64,000 nucleotides of DNA from Eledone cirrhosa (lineage: Eukaryota), in NCBI GenBank assembly GCA_964016885.1, contig OZ024754.1, forward strand, positions 17,670,001 to 17,734,000. Reading direction: 5' to 3'. The notes beneath the pieces were generated by a model, which was not told the DNA's origin, did not search any database, and saw only the letters and a program-made list of their open reading frames with translations. Below are positions 1-12,346 of this stretch, in pieces (positions within the stretch are counted from its first letter, which is position 1; the number at the start of each line of letters is the position of its first letter). A program made the translations under genes and the position numbers.

Positions 1-774
1 AATTGTTGGCCTTGTGCCAAAAGTAGAAACAATTATAGATATAGTTCGATTTTAATATCACCTGGGCCTATTGATTCAAAAATTGATAGATTTTGCTTTT
101 AGAAATCAAATTGTGATTTGGCCTTTGAAACAATTGTAAACAAATAAATATTTTTTCAAGAATTTGGTTGTTTATTCTCCCACTATAATTTTTATATTTG
201 TAATATTATATGAATTAGAATGTGTTTGTTTCCTTGTCAAACAGATAATGAGAATTATGTCAACACACACACAGTTGCTGTTGTCTTACTATCATAGAGA
301 TATCAACATTTTGTGCCCTTTGCTTCTTTCCCTTGAAATATGTTATGCCTCGCTCTTAAGGGCTTTCGAGATGACAAAGATATGCCCCAATACAGCAAAA
401 ATGACATCCCACTGTTAAGACACCAATGCTACATTAATGTAGGATGAAGCTGTATATGTAATAGACTTTGACAGTTTCGACCCCTACCAGTGGTACTGCT
501 GGTCCACCTGGGGTCACAGTGTCTGACACAAGACAAAACGCTGTCCAATATATATGTATATTGTACTATGACAATTTTTCTTTTCCTGATAAAGTGCAAT
601 AATCTATGACATAGTGCATATGATTGAGTACAGAATTTTGCAGTGAGCACATGTAGATGGTTATGGTAGAGTAACATATGTTAAGAATGAACCCTCAATA
701 AATTTCTCTTCCTGCCTAGTTATTCCTGCATATATATATATAAATAACATATGTATATAACAATATATATCTAT

Positions 775-925
775 TGGGAAACAAACTAGTATTTGGTACA
801 TATATATAGAACAAATATATATGTATAGCAGACTTTAACACCAAGGAGTAAGTATTTAAATTTGTAATTAAATTTACATATTATTTGTTCTATATATATG
901 CTCAAAATACTAGTTTGTTTCTCAA
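775..925. repeat. Imperfect inverted repeat (~50-bp arms)
   Basis: AAACAAACTAGTATTTGGTACATATATATAGAACAAAT (~779-817) is the near reverse complement of ATTTGTTCTATATATATGCTCAAAATACTAGTTTGTTT (~883-920). Confidence 0.7.
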
Positions 926-944
926 CTGATATATCCTGTTATAT

Positions 945-1220
945 ATCATCATAATTTTACGCTCGCTTTTCCCTGCTTGCAAGGGTGGGATGGGTCCTAT
1001 TCAGCACAGCATCTCCCCACTTGTCACGGTCCTTCGTCATCTCTACCGTGAGCTTCAGCGAACTGAGGTCTGTTCTCACCACCTCTGTCCATGTTTTTCG
1101 TGGTCTTCCTCTACTGCATCTTCCTTCATCTGGCATTTCTTGGCACTTCTTCACCCATCGGTCATCCTCCATGCGCATCACATGTCCATACCATCGCAGT
1201 CTCCTCTCCCGCACACACTG
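945..1220 (-). mobile_element. RTE-clade LINE, short 3' fragment
   Basis: ORF 957..1232 ERRLRWYGHVMRMEDDRWVKKC...RGRPRKTW matches the C-terminus of the other RTE copies here (e.g. 30805..31029). Confidence 0.9.
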
Positions 1221-1499
1221 GCTATAGAACATTACCTCAAAAGCTCCTGTCCAACTACTATATATATATATATATATATTGTATATATATATTGTGTGTA
1301 TATATTGTGTGTATATATATATATATATATAATAGGGTTAAAGTATTGTAGGAGAGGATGAAGCAGAGAGGTACAAAGAGGTGAAATACAGAATATTAAA
1401 TGCCAATAGCCGAAGTGTAGTGTACTCGATGCTTGGGTTAACAGGGTTAAATATTAGAGGAAGTTAATATTTAGTGTATGGTTTAAGCACAGCTGAAAT

Positions 1500-2529
1500 A
1501 AGCAAATGAATTAGTGAATGAAGGAGTTACAAGCTGTTAAAACAATTCTTTATATAGCTCTTACACGCATTTAGCAGAGTGAGTCTAACTCATTAGGTGC
1601 TACACAGTGCCTCAGTGGGAAACCGATGGATGGTTGATAGTGTCTTTAGACACTGCACATTGGTCAACCTATTGCAGGTGGATCAAATTGAGGTGCAATG
1701 CAGAGAGCTGTGGAAATATGATGTTATTCAGGTTCAGGGAACCATCTGTAGAAGGATTGCTGCAGCCGGTGGCCGCAATTGATAACCGTTTTAGCCCAAC
1801 TATTAATGAGTTCCTGGAGTGCTTGTACTATATAGTATAACTCCATTATGCAGAGCTGGCAATTTTTCATGAAATTATATGGGGTTGCTTGGTTAACAAC
1901 TTTCCATTGAGTGGTGTAGCTAATGTTAGAGTTGGTTAATTGAGTAATATAATTAGAGAGGGAGGTAGAGAATCTTAGTTTCCTATTCCTAAATGAGTGG
2001 AGATGTGCTCTAAATCTAGTCTTGAAGTCCCCAGAAGTGGCGCCTATCTATGACCTAGTGCTATTATAACTTGTCACTGTGCATTTATAGATTACGTTTC
2101 TAATCAAGCAGTAGCCTTGTAATGGACAGTTGTTGGAGTTTCGGCAATTACAGTGTTTTATGTTGCTAATTCTAAAATAGTGAGGTCTGCTTCTAACCTT
2201 ACTACTATCATTATCGCCATCACCATTGTCGTCGTTCTTGCAGTTGGCATTATTGTAGTTACAGTCCAGCCTGGCTGGACTGTAACTACAATAATTACCT
2301 CCCTTAGCGAGTTAGGCCCCTTCCACCGACGCCATTGTGTTTACATTTTTGGAACAAAAATGCAGAGTGATGTAAAGTTGGGGAGATAATTTCTCAATGG
2401 TATTTATACTTACCGATGTAACCATAGGAACTTCTGCCTCTGAAAAGTCCTTCTGGGCGAAACATGTGTAAGAGCTATATAAAGAATTGTTTTAATGGCT
2501 TGTAATTCCTTCATTCACTCATTCATTTG

Positions 2530-2532
<3 letters not shown>
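1500..2532 (-). mobile_element. Penelope-like element remnant (Naiad-type GIY-YIG) with inverted terminal repeat
   Basis: Minus strand ~2152-1990 translates CNCRNSNNCPLQGYCLIRNVIYKCTVTSYNSTRS*IGATSGDFKTRFRAH (CxCx5Cx5C plus GIY-YIG). 1500-1566 is the inverse of 2467-2532. Flanked by (TA)n. Confidence 0.8.
2437..2474 (+). ncRNA. Degenerate hammerhead ribozyme in PLE terminal repeat
   Basis: CTGAAAA-GTCC-TTCT-GGGC-GAAA-CATGTG-TA-AGAG; the CUGANGA core carries a G>A substitution. Confidence 0.5.
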
Positions 2533-2586
<54 letters not shown>

Positions 2587-2702
2587 AAAACGTTAAGACC
2601 CTCTTCCTGCTGTATCAAGAATTAACCTAATATATCCCTTCCATATACTGTACCGATTGTGTTGTTATTTCTGTTTACCTTTTACATATATATATATATA
2701 TA

Positions 2703-4080
2703 AAATGAAGGAAGTGTGGTAAGGAGCCAGATGGACCATAATGCACCAGAGTACTCAATACTTAGGGTAGTAGAGTGGGTAATAGGAAAAGGTTTACCCA
2801 GAAAGCAGAGCTCAAGCCATTTCAACGGCTAATTCTGGACTAAATTAGAATTTTTAGTGTGTTAATAAATAACCGAACTTTTCAAGGGGTAATTCCTTAC
2901 ATGGGAAGATTGTAGTTGTCAAAAGGATTGGTCAAAATTTCTTGTAAACACAATTAAGTCTTTCTTGGTGGTAGGTGGGAGGTAGGGGTGGCTGAACTTG
3001 CCTGTAGAACAATGAGGGAGTGGGTGGAGCCGGTCAAGCGTTGAAAGTGAATTCTATACAGCAAATTCTAAGGAGTGTGTATGAAATTAGGCTAGGAAGA
3101 AGGCAGGCGAAAAAGAATTCTGGGGGAATTTGAGAGTGGGACGTTATAAAGTTAAAAGGTTAATAAATTGAGATTAAAAGATAATAAATAAAAAATAACA
3201 AATAATAAAAAAAAAAAAATCTCTAGAGTCTAAAGCAGCTGCTATATTTTTAGCTGGTATTGCTTTATCAGCCAATGCTATATAGAATTTACTGGGGTGG
3301 GGGCCCTCAAGCGAAGTGATTTTCAGGAGGAAATCTCCTTTTATCCAGCTTCCCTTAGCGAAACCAGCAGGCGATGCCGCCGCTCACGTCACGTAACGTG
3401 GTTTAACCCTCCCCACAATACTGAGGTGGCAAGTAAGTTCCAAGTAAGATTGTATGTTATGTTGTTATCTTGGAGGTCCCATATGTGGCCCGAAAGTGTA
3501 GTGGCACAAGTCGCCGTTTTGGGTCGTATGTCGCCGTTGGTAGAGCCGGGTCTTAAAGTCACAAGCGGTTAATCCTATGTAGGCTTTGTTGGAGTTTTCC
3601 GTTCTCACGTTGCATTGGTAGATCACGTTACGTTCTCAGCATCTGTTATTGAAGGGGCACATAGATCTATCAGGGCAGTTACACCTGGTCAGCTCTCAAC
3701 TAATGTCTAGGTTGTTTCTTCCATAGGAGTTGAGTTTCTTGTTGTTTGAGGAGGTGATGTTTTGTGCGAAGTTGGGTGTGGTGCTGTAGGAGAGTTTCAT
3801 AGTGTTTTTGTTGATTATGTTGTGGTAGCGGTGTTGTGGTGGGAAGTGTTTTTTGAGGAGCTTAAAGAAGATTTTCCCGATAGGTGTTGCCATCTCAGCA
3901 TTGTGGGGAGGGTTAAACCACGTTACGTGGCGTGAGCGGTGGCGCCGCCTGCTGGTTCCTCTAAGGGAAGCTGGATAAAAGGAGATTTCCTCCCGAAAGC
4001 CACTTCACTTCAATTCTATATAGCATTGGTCGATAACGCAATACAAGCTAAAAATATAGCAGCTGCTTTAGACTCTAGAG
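2703..4080 (-). mobile_element. Penelope-like element remnant (Naiad-type) with inverted duplication
   Basis: WFNPPHN and IGKIFFKLLKKHFPPQH...KLSYSTTPN (ORF 3696..3893), followed by CNCPDRSMCPFNNRC*ERNVIYQCNV...YIG. 3222-3432 is an inverted copy of 3887-4080. 2703-2845 is the reverse complement of 16815-16955. Confidence 0.8.
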
Positions 4081-5385
4081 ACGGATACACAGCCAAGAGA
4101 GAAGCTAGACATCAGGTGTACTTAGCACGCAGGGAGGCTGAGAGTAGGACATTTGCCAATGTTTTGCGACAAGAAGATCAGAGACGTGCGGTGTTCCACA
4201 TTGCAAGGCAGTGTGTCGATGCAAATCAGGATGTTGTTGGAGATAATTGTGTCCGGAATGATGCCGATGTACTTAGTGTCACGAATGACCAAAAAAAGGA
4301 GGCCTGGAAATGTCATTATGAGAGACTGATGAATGTGGAGAATGAATGGGAGAGAGAGAAATTACCCTCAGCAGATCCAACAGAGAGACCAGCTATTGAG
4401 ATTGATGAATATAGGGTCCAAGAGGCAATTAAGGAAATGAAAAATGGTAAGGCCGCTGGACCATCGGGGATAGTTGCTGAGATACTGAAGGCATCAGTGG
4501 ACGTAGGCACTAAACTGGTTGCACGCATTATCAATCAGGCTATATATGGTGGTGTCATACCGAAAGACTGGTGCAGCAGTATTCTCATAAATTGCTGCAA
4601 AGGTAAAGGGGATGCTCTGGAGAGGAGCTATTATAGGGGTATAAAACTGATGGATCAGGTTATGAAAGTGACAGAAAGGATATTAGTGCAACTAATTAGA
4701 GAAAGGGTCAAACTAGATGAGATTCAGTTTGATTTTGGAAAAGTACAACAGATGCCCTCTTCTTAGTGAGAAAATTACAAGAGAGATTCTTAGAGAAGAA
4801 TAAGCCACTATACTTAGCTTTTGTTGACCTAGAGAAGGCCTTTGATAGGGTACCCCGATCTGTCATCTGGTGGTCCCTAAAGAAACTAGGTGTTGAGGAA
4901 TGGCTTGTGAGGACAGTGAAAACTTTGTACAGAGGTGCTGTCAGTAAAGTGAGGGTAGGAATGGAGTTTAGTGAGGAATTCCAGATACAAGTAGGAATAA
5001 ATCAGGGTTTGGTCCTCAGCCCGCTCTTGTTCATTATAGTCCTCCAAGCCATAACAGAGGAGTTTAAAACTGGCTGTCCATGGTAACTTCTCTATGCAAA
5101 CGATCTGGTTCTTATAGCAGAATCAGTAGAGGAGCTAGAAAATAAATTCTGGCTATGGAAACAACAGTTTAAATCAGGAGGACTGAGAGTAAACCCAGCT
5201 AAGACAAAAGTGTTGATGAGTGGAAAATAGGACAATACTCTGATTCTGTCAGGGAAATGGCCATGTTCGATATGAAGAAAAGCTACTGGCATAAATTCTA
5301 TAAAATGTACACAATGCAGATCTTGGGTACACAAGAGATGTAGTGGGATAGCAGGCAAACTAACAGGTAGGGAAAACTACGTATG

Positions 5386-5835
5386 TGTAGCGCTCTCTAG
5401 GCAAGGGAAGTAGCTAGAGTTACTTCCTGTTGAATTTCTAGAATATTCCTTAAACTTCCGTTCCAGGGATTATAAAAGATAGAGCAAAAAGCGATTTCCT
5501 CTCTTTTGGTTGCAAGCTTTCAAACTGACCACATCCAGCACAAATATGTTAAGCTTTTTACCACCATATCTTAATTCAGGATTACACATTATCATGCCAC
5601 GATGTATGTTTTGTTACCACATTTGTAATACACAGACTACAATAAATGCAAGTTATTTTGATACTCGTTTTGAGAAACTCTTCATGCCTCAGTTATTACT
5701 TCGAATGTAGAGAGAGATAATTCTCACAAAAAGAAATTGTATGAAAGTTCTTCTATATCTTCTTTCTATTAAAATTAGTAGTAGGGATCCGGTGGTACTT
5801 ACTGGAGTAAGTAACCCTGGGACCATTTCCCTAAA
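5386..5835 (+). repeat. 5' LTR
   Basis: Starts TGTAG and ends CTAAA. Contains TATAAAA (~5470) and AATAAA (5641). Roughly 93% identical to 8733-9185 (hand estimate). Confidence 0.93.
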
Positions 5836-5836
5836 A

Positions 5837-5850
5837 TGGTGACTCCGAAC
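5837..5850 (+). promoter_or_regulatory. Primer binding site, tRNA-Trp-like
   Basis: TGGTGACTCCGA directly after the LTR resembles TGGTGACCCCGA, the complement of the tRNA-Trp 3' end. A second copy lies at ~5963. Confidence 0.75.
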
Positions 5851-6354
5851 ACGCAGCAAAACAAATCTATTTATTCACCATTGCCTAAAAGTGGTGACAA
5901 ATATTTTCATACACTATTACAATTTATTGCTACACAAACTATTGCTAAACAACTCCCTAAAATGGTGACCCCAACAACGACACAGAAAAGAATTGTTCCC
6001 GACTCTAGGAAGTTTGTTTTATTTCAGTCAGTTCGTGTGGGGCGAACAAAATAAAAAAATTGAAGAAGCAAATCGCCATGTTGACAGCATGATACTTCAA
6101 CGTGTTTTCGGTTCAACCAAGCTTTCGTCTTTTTGAAGTCGGTATCTTACTTGCTCGGTGCTATATTTTTACTTCAGTTATTCATGGTACTACCACGTGT
6201 GCGGTAGTTTAAAAAAAAAAAAAAAAAAAAGAATTTTCTCGAGAGCCTACTTTGGCAGATTCAGTCGTAGCTTCTGCTTTCAAAACCCAGCATCTCTATC
6301 CCAGTTATTTCAAGGTCTTCGATCGACCAAGTCAGAATCAACCCAGCTCAATGT

Positions 6355-8172
6355 GTGTTTGGTACAGCTTCACTGGAATTCCTTGGACATCTTATAGATT
6401 CGGATGGAGCTCTGCCATCTAAGGTGGAAGCGATTCAGCGTATCGCAACCCCCACCTCCCTGAAACAATTACGTCATTTCTTGGGATTAATTAACTTTTA
6501 TCGTCGCTTCATTCCTAACTGTGCGGACAAGTTGTTTCCCTTGACACAGTTTTTAAAGGCTGCGAAAAAGAAAGATGCTCCTATTTCACTTTCTGCTGAT
6601 CTCTTGCAGTCTTTTGAGTCCGTCAAGTCCGAGATAGCTGAAGTTTCCTTCCTTGCCCATCCTGTTGCAAACGCGAGGCTTTCTTTAACTGTTGATGCGT
6701 CCGATCATGCTGTTGGAGCAGTTTTGCAACATACGATCAACCACCAGGTTCAACCACTGGCATTTTTCTCACGCCAACTTAAACCAACGGAACAGAAATA
6801 CAGCACCTTTGATAGAGAACTTTTGGCAGTTTATCTTGCCATGAAACACTTCCACCATTTTTTGGAAGGGCGGGAGTTCACGGACCATAAACTGCTAACA
6901 TTCGCTCTCCAATCCAAGTCCGACAGGTACTCTCCGAGAGCATATAGGCATTTGGATCTCATCTCCCAGTACACCAGTGACATTCGTCATATAGCCGGAG
7001 CTGCCAACATATCCGCGGACGCACTATCTCGACTTTCTGTGTGTTCTCTTGCGTCTCCTGCACATATCGATTTGGTTGCCATGGCAACTGACCAACCTAC
7101 TTTGGATTCGTTGGACATTTCTTCTGACCAGTTCTCCTGCTGCAAATTGGAATATTTACCTCTTCCATCTTCTGAAGGGAAAATTCTCTGCGATATTTCT
7201 ACTGGCTCACCCAGACCACTTGTTCCAGATTGCCATCAACGTACCGTTTTTGATGCACTTCATTCCTTGTCGCATCCCGGCATAGCTGCCACGGTGAAGC
7301 TCATCACGGCCCAATTTTTCTGGCCTAATATGCGTCGTTTAATCACGGGTTGGGCACGTTCTTGTTTGAAGTGTCAGTGCTCCAAGATTTATCGGCATGT
7401 CCGCGCTCCTCTTGGCATATTCAGCCCGCCAAACGCCTGTTTCCGTCATATTCATATGGATATTGTTGGTCCGTGGCCCGTTAGTCGTGGGTTCACATAT
7501 ATATTGACCTGTATCGATCGTTTCTCTCGGTGGCTCGAGGCCATACCCCTAGTGGACATAACAGCCGAGTCCGTTGCCCGAGCTTTCATTTCCAATTGGA
7601 TTGCTCGCTTTGGTGTTCCTTCTAAAATAACTATGGATCGTGGACGCCAGTTCGAGGCTTCCTTATTTCGTGAAATATCACGACTTTTGGGTGCTCATCA
7701 CATTCATACAACCAGCTATCACCCAGCCTCCAATGGAATGGTGGAGAGGTTTCACAGACAGTTGAAAGCTGCACTTCGCGCTACTCCTGATCTGCAACGC
7801 TGGACTGAATTTTTGCCAATCGTGCTTCTTGGTTGTTGTTCTGCCATTAAGACAGATTTGGGTTTCTCTTCTGCTGAACTTCTTTATGGTACCACCTTGA
7901 CTCTTCCTGGTCAAATGTTAGCACCGGTGGATTCATCGCATCTTGATCCAGCATCATATGTCACCAGGATTTGTTCGTATTTCTCGGATCTTCCACCAAT
8001 GAACCCTCGTGACCAGTCTATTTCTTCAGCTGTTCCATCGGACATCTCTACGTGGACACACATTTTCATACGGAATGATTCCGTCAAGGGACCGCTTACG
8101 TCACCCTACAATGGACCTTTTCATGTGCTTTCGCACACACCAAAACATTTCACAGTAGCTGTCAATGGTTGA
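6355..8172 (+). CDS. Gypsy pol remnant: RT C-terminus, RNase H, integrase
   Basis: [24 protein letters not shown]...[15 protein letters not shown] (HSLSHPG...CLKC) and DDE core ([22 protein letters not shown]). Confidence 0.9.
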   Translation: MFGTASLEFLGHLIDSDGALPSKVEAIQRIATPTSLKQLRHFLGLINFYRRFIPNCADKLFPLTQFLKAAKKKDAPISLSADLLQSFESVKSEIAEVSFLAHPVANARLSLTVDASDHAVGAVLQHTINHQVQPLAFFSRQLKPTEQKYSTFDRELLAVYLAMKHFHHFLEGREFTDHKLLTFALQSKSDRYSPRAYRHLDLISQYTSDIRHIAGAANISADALSRLSVCSLASPAHIDLVAMATDQPTLDSLDISSDQFSCCKLEYLPLPSSEGKILCDISTGSPRPLVPDCHQRTVFDALHSLSHPGIAATVKLITAQFFWPNMRRLITGWARSCLKCQCSKIYRHVRAPLGIFSPPNACFRHIHMDIVGPWPVSRGFTYILTCIDRFSRWLEAIPLVDITAESVARAFISNWIARFGVPSKITMDRGRQFEASLFREISRLLGAHHIHTTSYHPASNGMVERFHRQLKAALRATPDLQRWTEFLPIVLLGCCSAIKTDLGFSSAELLYGTTLTLPGQMLAPVDSSHLDPASYVTRICSYFSDLPPMNPRDQSISSAVPSDISTWTHIFIRNDSVKGPLTSPYNGPFHVLSHTPKHFTVAVNG

Positions 8173-8732
8173 AAAAAGACAATATCTATTGACAGAGCAA
8201 AGAAGGCTTTCTCTGAAAGTCTCATTACAAAGCCTGACATACCTCGTACATACACTCTCACACCAACACCTTCACCTCCACTGCAAACACCATATACCAC
8301 ACAACCTTATATCACACGAGGTGGCAGGACAGTAAAATAGCCACGTAAACTCTCAAAAACTATATACATTTAACTCCTAGTGGCATTAACAAACTTCTTT
8401 TTTCAGTTTCAGATAGAACTAGTGTCAGAAAAGTCTGTACACTGGTGATGTATGAACTATTTGATTTTGAAGAAACTTTGAACTTACCATTGAGCATTCA
8501 TTTTTCTCTGCTCCTTTATATTAACTTTGAATTATCAGTTTGTTACATTCACATTTTTTCTTTGTAAAATGCATTTACTTGTTTTGTGCTTTTTTGCTAG
8601 TTGCTTCAGTTGCGAGCTCATGTTTTATTAATGCACTTTCTTGTACCTTTTGCTTTGCTCCTCATTTCTTACGGGTTCTCGCTACAATGACCTTCGGTTG
8701 GTTATGCAACTTCTCGTCTGAGAGGGGAGTCT

Positions 8733-9185
8733 TGTAGCGCTCTCTAGACAAGGGAAGTAGCTAGAGTTACTTCCCGTTGAATTTCTAGAATATTCCTTAA
8801 ACTTCCGTTCCAGGGATTATAAAAGATAGAGCAAAAAGCGATTTTCCTCTATTTTGGCTGAAAGCTCTCAAACTGACCACATCGAGCGCAAATATGTTAA
8901 GCTTTTTAAAACCATATCTTATAGTTCAGGATTACACATTATCATGCCACGATATACGTTTTGTTAACACATTTGTAATACACGAACTACAATAAATGCA
9001 AGTTATTTTGATACTCGTTTTGAGAAACTCTTCATGCCTCAGCTATTACTTCAAAAGTAGAGAGAGATAATTCTCACAAAAAGAAATTGTGTGAAAGTTC
9101 TTCTATATCTTCTTTCTATTAAAATTAGTAGTTAGGATCCGGTGTTACTTACTGGAGTAAGTAAACCTGGGACCAACTCACTAAA
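8733..9185 (+). repeat. 3' LTR preceded by a polypurine tract
   Basis: GAGAGGGGAG at 8720-8729, then a direct repeat of 5386-5835. Confidence 0.93.
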
Positions 9186-9876
9186 TATGCAATAGATGCA
9201 CAGGGAAAGTTGGCAGTAGTAAATCACAGTGATAGACACATTTTTCCAATGCAGGTGGGTTCTATGGAAGTGGTTGATAGCTTCCGGTACCTAGGTGATC
9301 AGATTAGCATGGAAGGGGGGGTGTTGTTCCAAAGCCATATTATCTAGAATAAGGACGGGCTGGAAGAAGTTTAGGGAGCTGCTTCCTCTGCTGACAAAGA
9401 AGGGTTTCTGCCTGCATACGAAAGGCCGGTTTTATGATACCTGTGTGGGGAGAGCGATGTTGCATGGTAGTGAAACATGGGCAGCAACTGCAGAGGATAT
9501 GCGATGGCTGGAGAGAAATGAGGCAAACATGCTCCGTTGGATGTGCAATGTCAATGTGTGTGAATGACTGAGCATGGATGTGTTGAGAGAGAAACTGTGT
9601 CTGAGAGGTATAGATTGTAGTGTGCAGGAGAGGAGACTGCGATGGTATGGACATGTGATGCACATGGAGGATGACCGATGGGTGAAGAAGTGCCAAGAAA
9701 TGCCAGTTGAAGGAAGATGTAGTAGAGGAAGACCACAAAAAACATGGGCGGAGGTGGTGAGAGCAGACCTCAGATGATGAAGGACCATGACAAGTGAAGA
9801 AATGGGGTGATGAATAGGACTCGTCCCACCCTTGCAAGGAGGGAATAGCGGATGTAAAATGATGATGATGATGATG

Positions 9877-9930
<54 letters not shown>

Positions 9931-9950
9931 GTATATATATGGATATATAT

Positions 9951-12290
9951 CTTTGATAACTGTGATAGGTTTCGGCCAGTATTGGCCCAGGCCATGTCTA
10001 ACTTAAAAGCACCACCTGGCGAAGTTCTTCAAATCAGGATTTGGGCACCATGGCCCACTCAAGTAGAGAGTTATTGTTTACGGAGGCATATCCGGGTGTA
10101 GGAGGTTTATCTGGGATTTCTTGAAGGAATTTGTTCAAAGACTTCTTGAACTTTATGGGGTCTGTTTCTGTTTTAATGTTTTGGTGTAATGTTAAAGAGA
10201 GCGGGGCTAATTGAGGTGAAATAATTGTGCTGTATTGTTGTTATGAGATGCGAGTGAGATTTTTGTTATGGGCGGATAGCACGGGGCCCAAGCCTTGGGT
10301 GTACCTTAAAGGTGATGCCAACATCATTTGGGCAAAGCTGATGGAATATTTTCCACATCATGCAGATAATGTAGCGCTCACGGCGACGTTGGAGAGAATA
10401 AAGGTTGAGCTTTTCTAATCGACTCCAGTAGTCAAGGCCTGTCATGCCATCTATCTTTTTTGTAATTGATCTTTGGGGTGCTTCAACTTTCATGATACTT
10501 TGTTTCGTGTGGGGAGACCACAGTGGATAACAGTATTCAAGATGGAGTTGAGCAAAAGTGGAGACGAGAAGGATAACAGTATGGATATCTCTCGACTGGA
10601 AGGTTCTGAGAAACCAGGAACACATTCTGTGGGTCATGTCAACTTTACTGTTTATATGAATGGTCCAGCTTAAGTTGTCCACAATTACTCCCAGGTCTCT
10701 GATGTTGGATGCCACGAGAGAGTTTCACATGAAGGAAGAGAGTATTGGAGTTTCAGGGCATCCTTTTTTCCAAAGTGGATTAACTCGAACTTATCATCAT
10801 TCAACAGCATATTATTCTTTTCTGCCCATTGGATAACAGGCAGTAAGTCTGACTGAAGGCAAATCCAGTTGCCCACCTCATTGATGACCGTTTGGAGCTT
10901 GGAATCATCTGTGAAGATTCTTATGTTGCTGTGCTTGATGATGTCAGTAATGTCATTAATGTAGATGATGAAAAGAAGTGGGCCCAACATAGTGCCTTGT
11001 GAGACGCCACTACTGACTTTGGCTGGGCTTGATTTTACTCCATCAACTACAACATGTCAGGAAACATTTGATCCACTGTAGTAACTTTCCAGAGACACCA
11101 ATATTGGATAGTTTTTTCAGTAGAATCTTATGATCAACCCTGTCAAAGGCCTTGCTGAAATCAAGGTAGATGACATCAGTGTTGGAGCCCTCTCCCAAAG
11201 CTCTCAAAACATCATTAAAATGATGCAGGAGCTGCATTAGGCAGTCCCTTCCATTATGGAACCCATGCTGTTAGGAGTTCAGCAGGCCGTTGTTTTCGAG
11301 AAAGTGGGTTATTCGTGATCTCACCACTCTTTCAAATACCTTGATAATATGAGAAGTGAGTGACATCGGATGGTAGTTCACTGCAAGGGACTTGTTTCCC
11401 TTTTTGAAAACTGGGACAATGGACAGGGACAGAAAGTTTTCAGGAATATGGACAGTATCCAGTGAGTTCCTCCTCAGATTAGCAAGAGGAGATGCAAGAT
11501 TGTCTCAACACCTTCAGGAAACAAGCACCTATCAGGGCCTAGTGCTGAATTGTGTTCAATTTTGTTTATTGCCACTAAGATATCAGGGGCGCCAATGTTA
11601 TGTCCGATATAGTTTGTTGGGATTAACATCACTGATACGGCCCAGATCGGCCATATCAGGATTGCTGAAAACAGAGCAGTATTGTTTCTGCAATATCTCG
11701 GCCATGGTTTTGGCATTATCTGGAAGTGTACCATTTTCATCAACTAGAGGGCCAACAGTGGAGACAGTGACCTTGTGTTTTTTAGCAAATGAAAAGAACA
11801 CTTTGGGGTTGAGTTTGATTTTCTCAATGGCCCACTTCTCTTCAGCTGTTCTTTGGTTATTGATGATGGTCTTCATGTATTATTGGAGGTTATATTTTTT
11901 TTATTTCAAGCAGGGCGATAGCTATCGAATGTGTGCGTTGCTGTTGGCAGTATTTTAGTGTGTTAATTTTTTTGTTTGTTCTTTTTATTTTTCTGATAAT
12001 AGTTTTTCTGTTTTGTGGGATACTGCACTTAGTTTTGTTCACAGGTCTTGGTGGGGTGTGTTTTGCACATATATTTGTGACAGTGTCTACAAAGATCTGC
12101 CAAGATATTTTGATGTAGGTGGAGATGTGTGCATGTGTAAAAGACCAGTCGACATGCGATAGTTCGTTCATAATTGCATCCCAGTTGGCATTGTAGAGAT
12201 CCATGTTATCAAATGAGTGGGCTGGAAAGAGATCCCTAGGATTATCTTTCAGCTGGTGGAATCTCAGGTTACAAAGAACCATGTCATATA
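9951..12290 (-). mobile_element. CR1/L2-group LINE, 5'-truncated, degenerate ORF2
   Basis: Fragments VIYLDFSKAFDRVDH, LGPLLFIIYINDI...FTDDSKL, RDLGV, HLEYCYPLWSP, YWSRLEKLNLYSLQRRRER. Both ends abut (TA)n. Confidence 0.9.
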
Positions 12291-12314
12291 TGTATGTATA
12301 TATATATGTGTATA

Positions 12315-12346
<32 letters not shown>

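Larger units (their letters stand above)
5386..9185 (+). mobile_element. Gypsy/Ty3 LTR retrotransposon, internally deleted (no gag, protease or most of RT)
   Basis: Two ~450-bp direct LTRs, TATG target-site duplication (5382-5385 and 9186-9189), PBS, PPT and an RNaseH-integrase ORF in Gypsy order. Confidence 0.95.
4075..9878 (+). mobile_element. RTE-clade LINE, 5'-truncated and degenerate, interrupted by a Gypsy element
   Basis: RT motifs YLAFVDLEKAFDRVP, QG-VLSPLLF, YAND. The sequence resumes in register at 9190 after the LTR element and ends in a (GAT)n tail. Confidence 0.93.

Noticed and set aside
164-720. Short ORFs or possible exon at the window start
   Set aside because: No recognisable motifs or consistent splice signals.
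3630-3700. Two in-frame TGA codons in the Naiad-type endonuclease region as possible selenocysteines
   Set aside because: Some Naiads encode Sec, but these TGAs are not at the conserved Cys positions. CGA>TGA decay is simpler, and I identified no SECIS.
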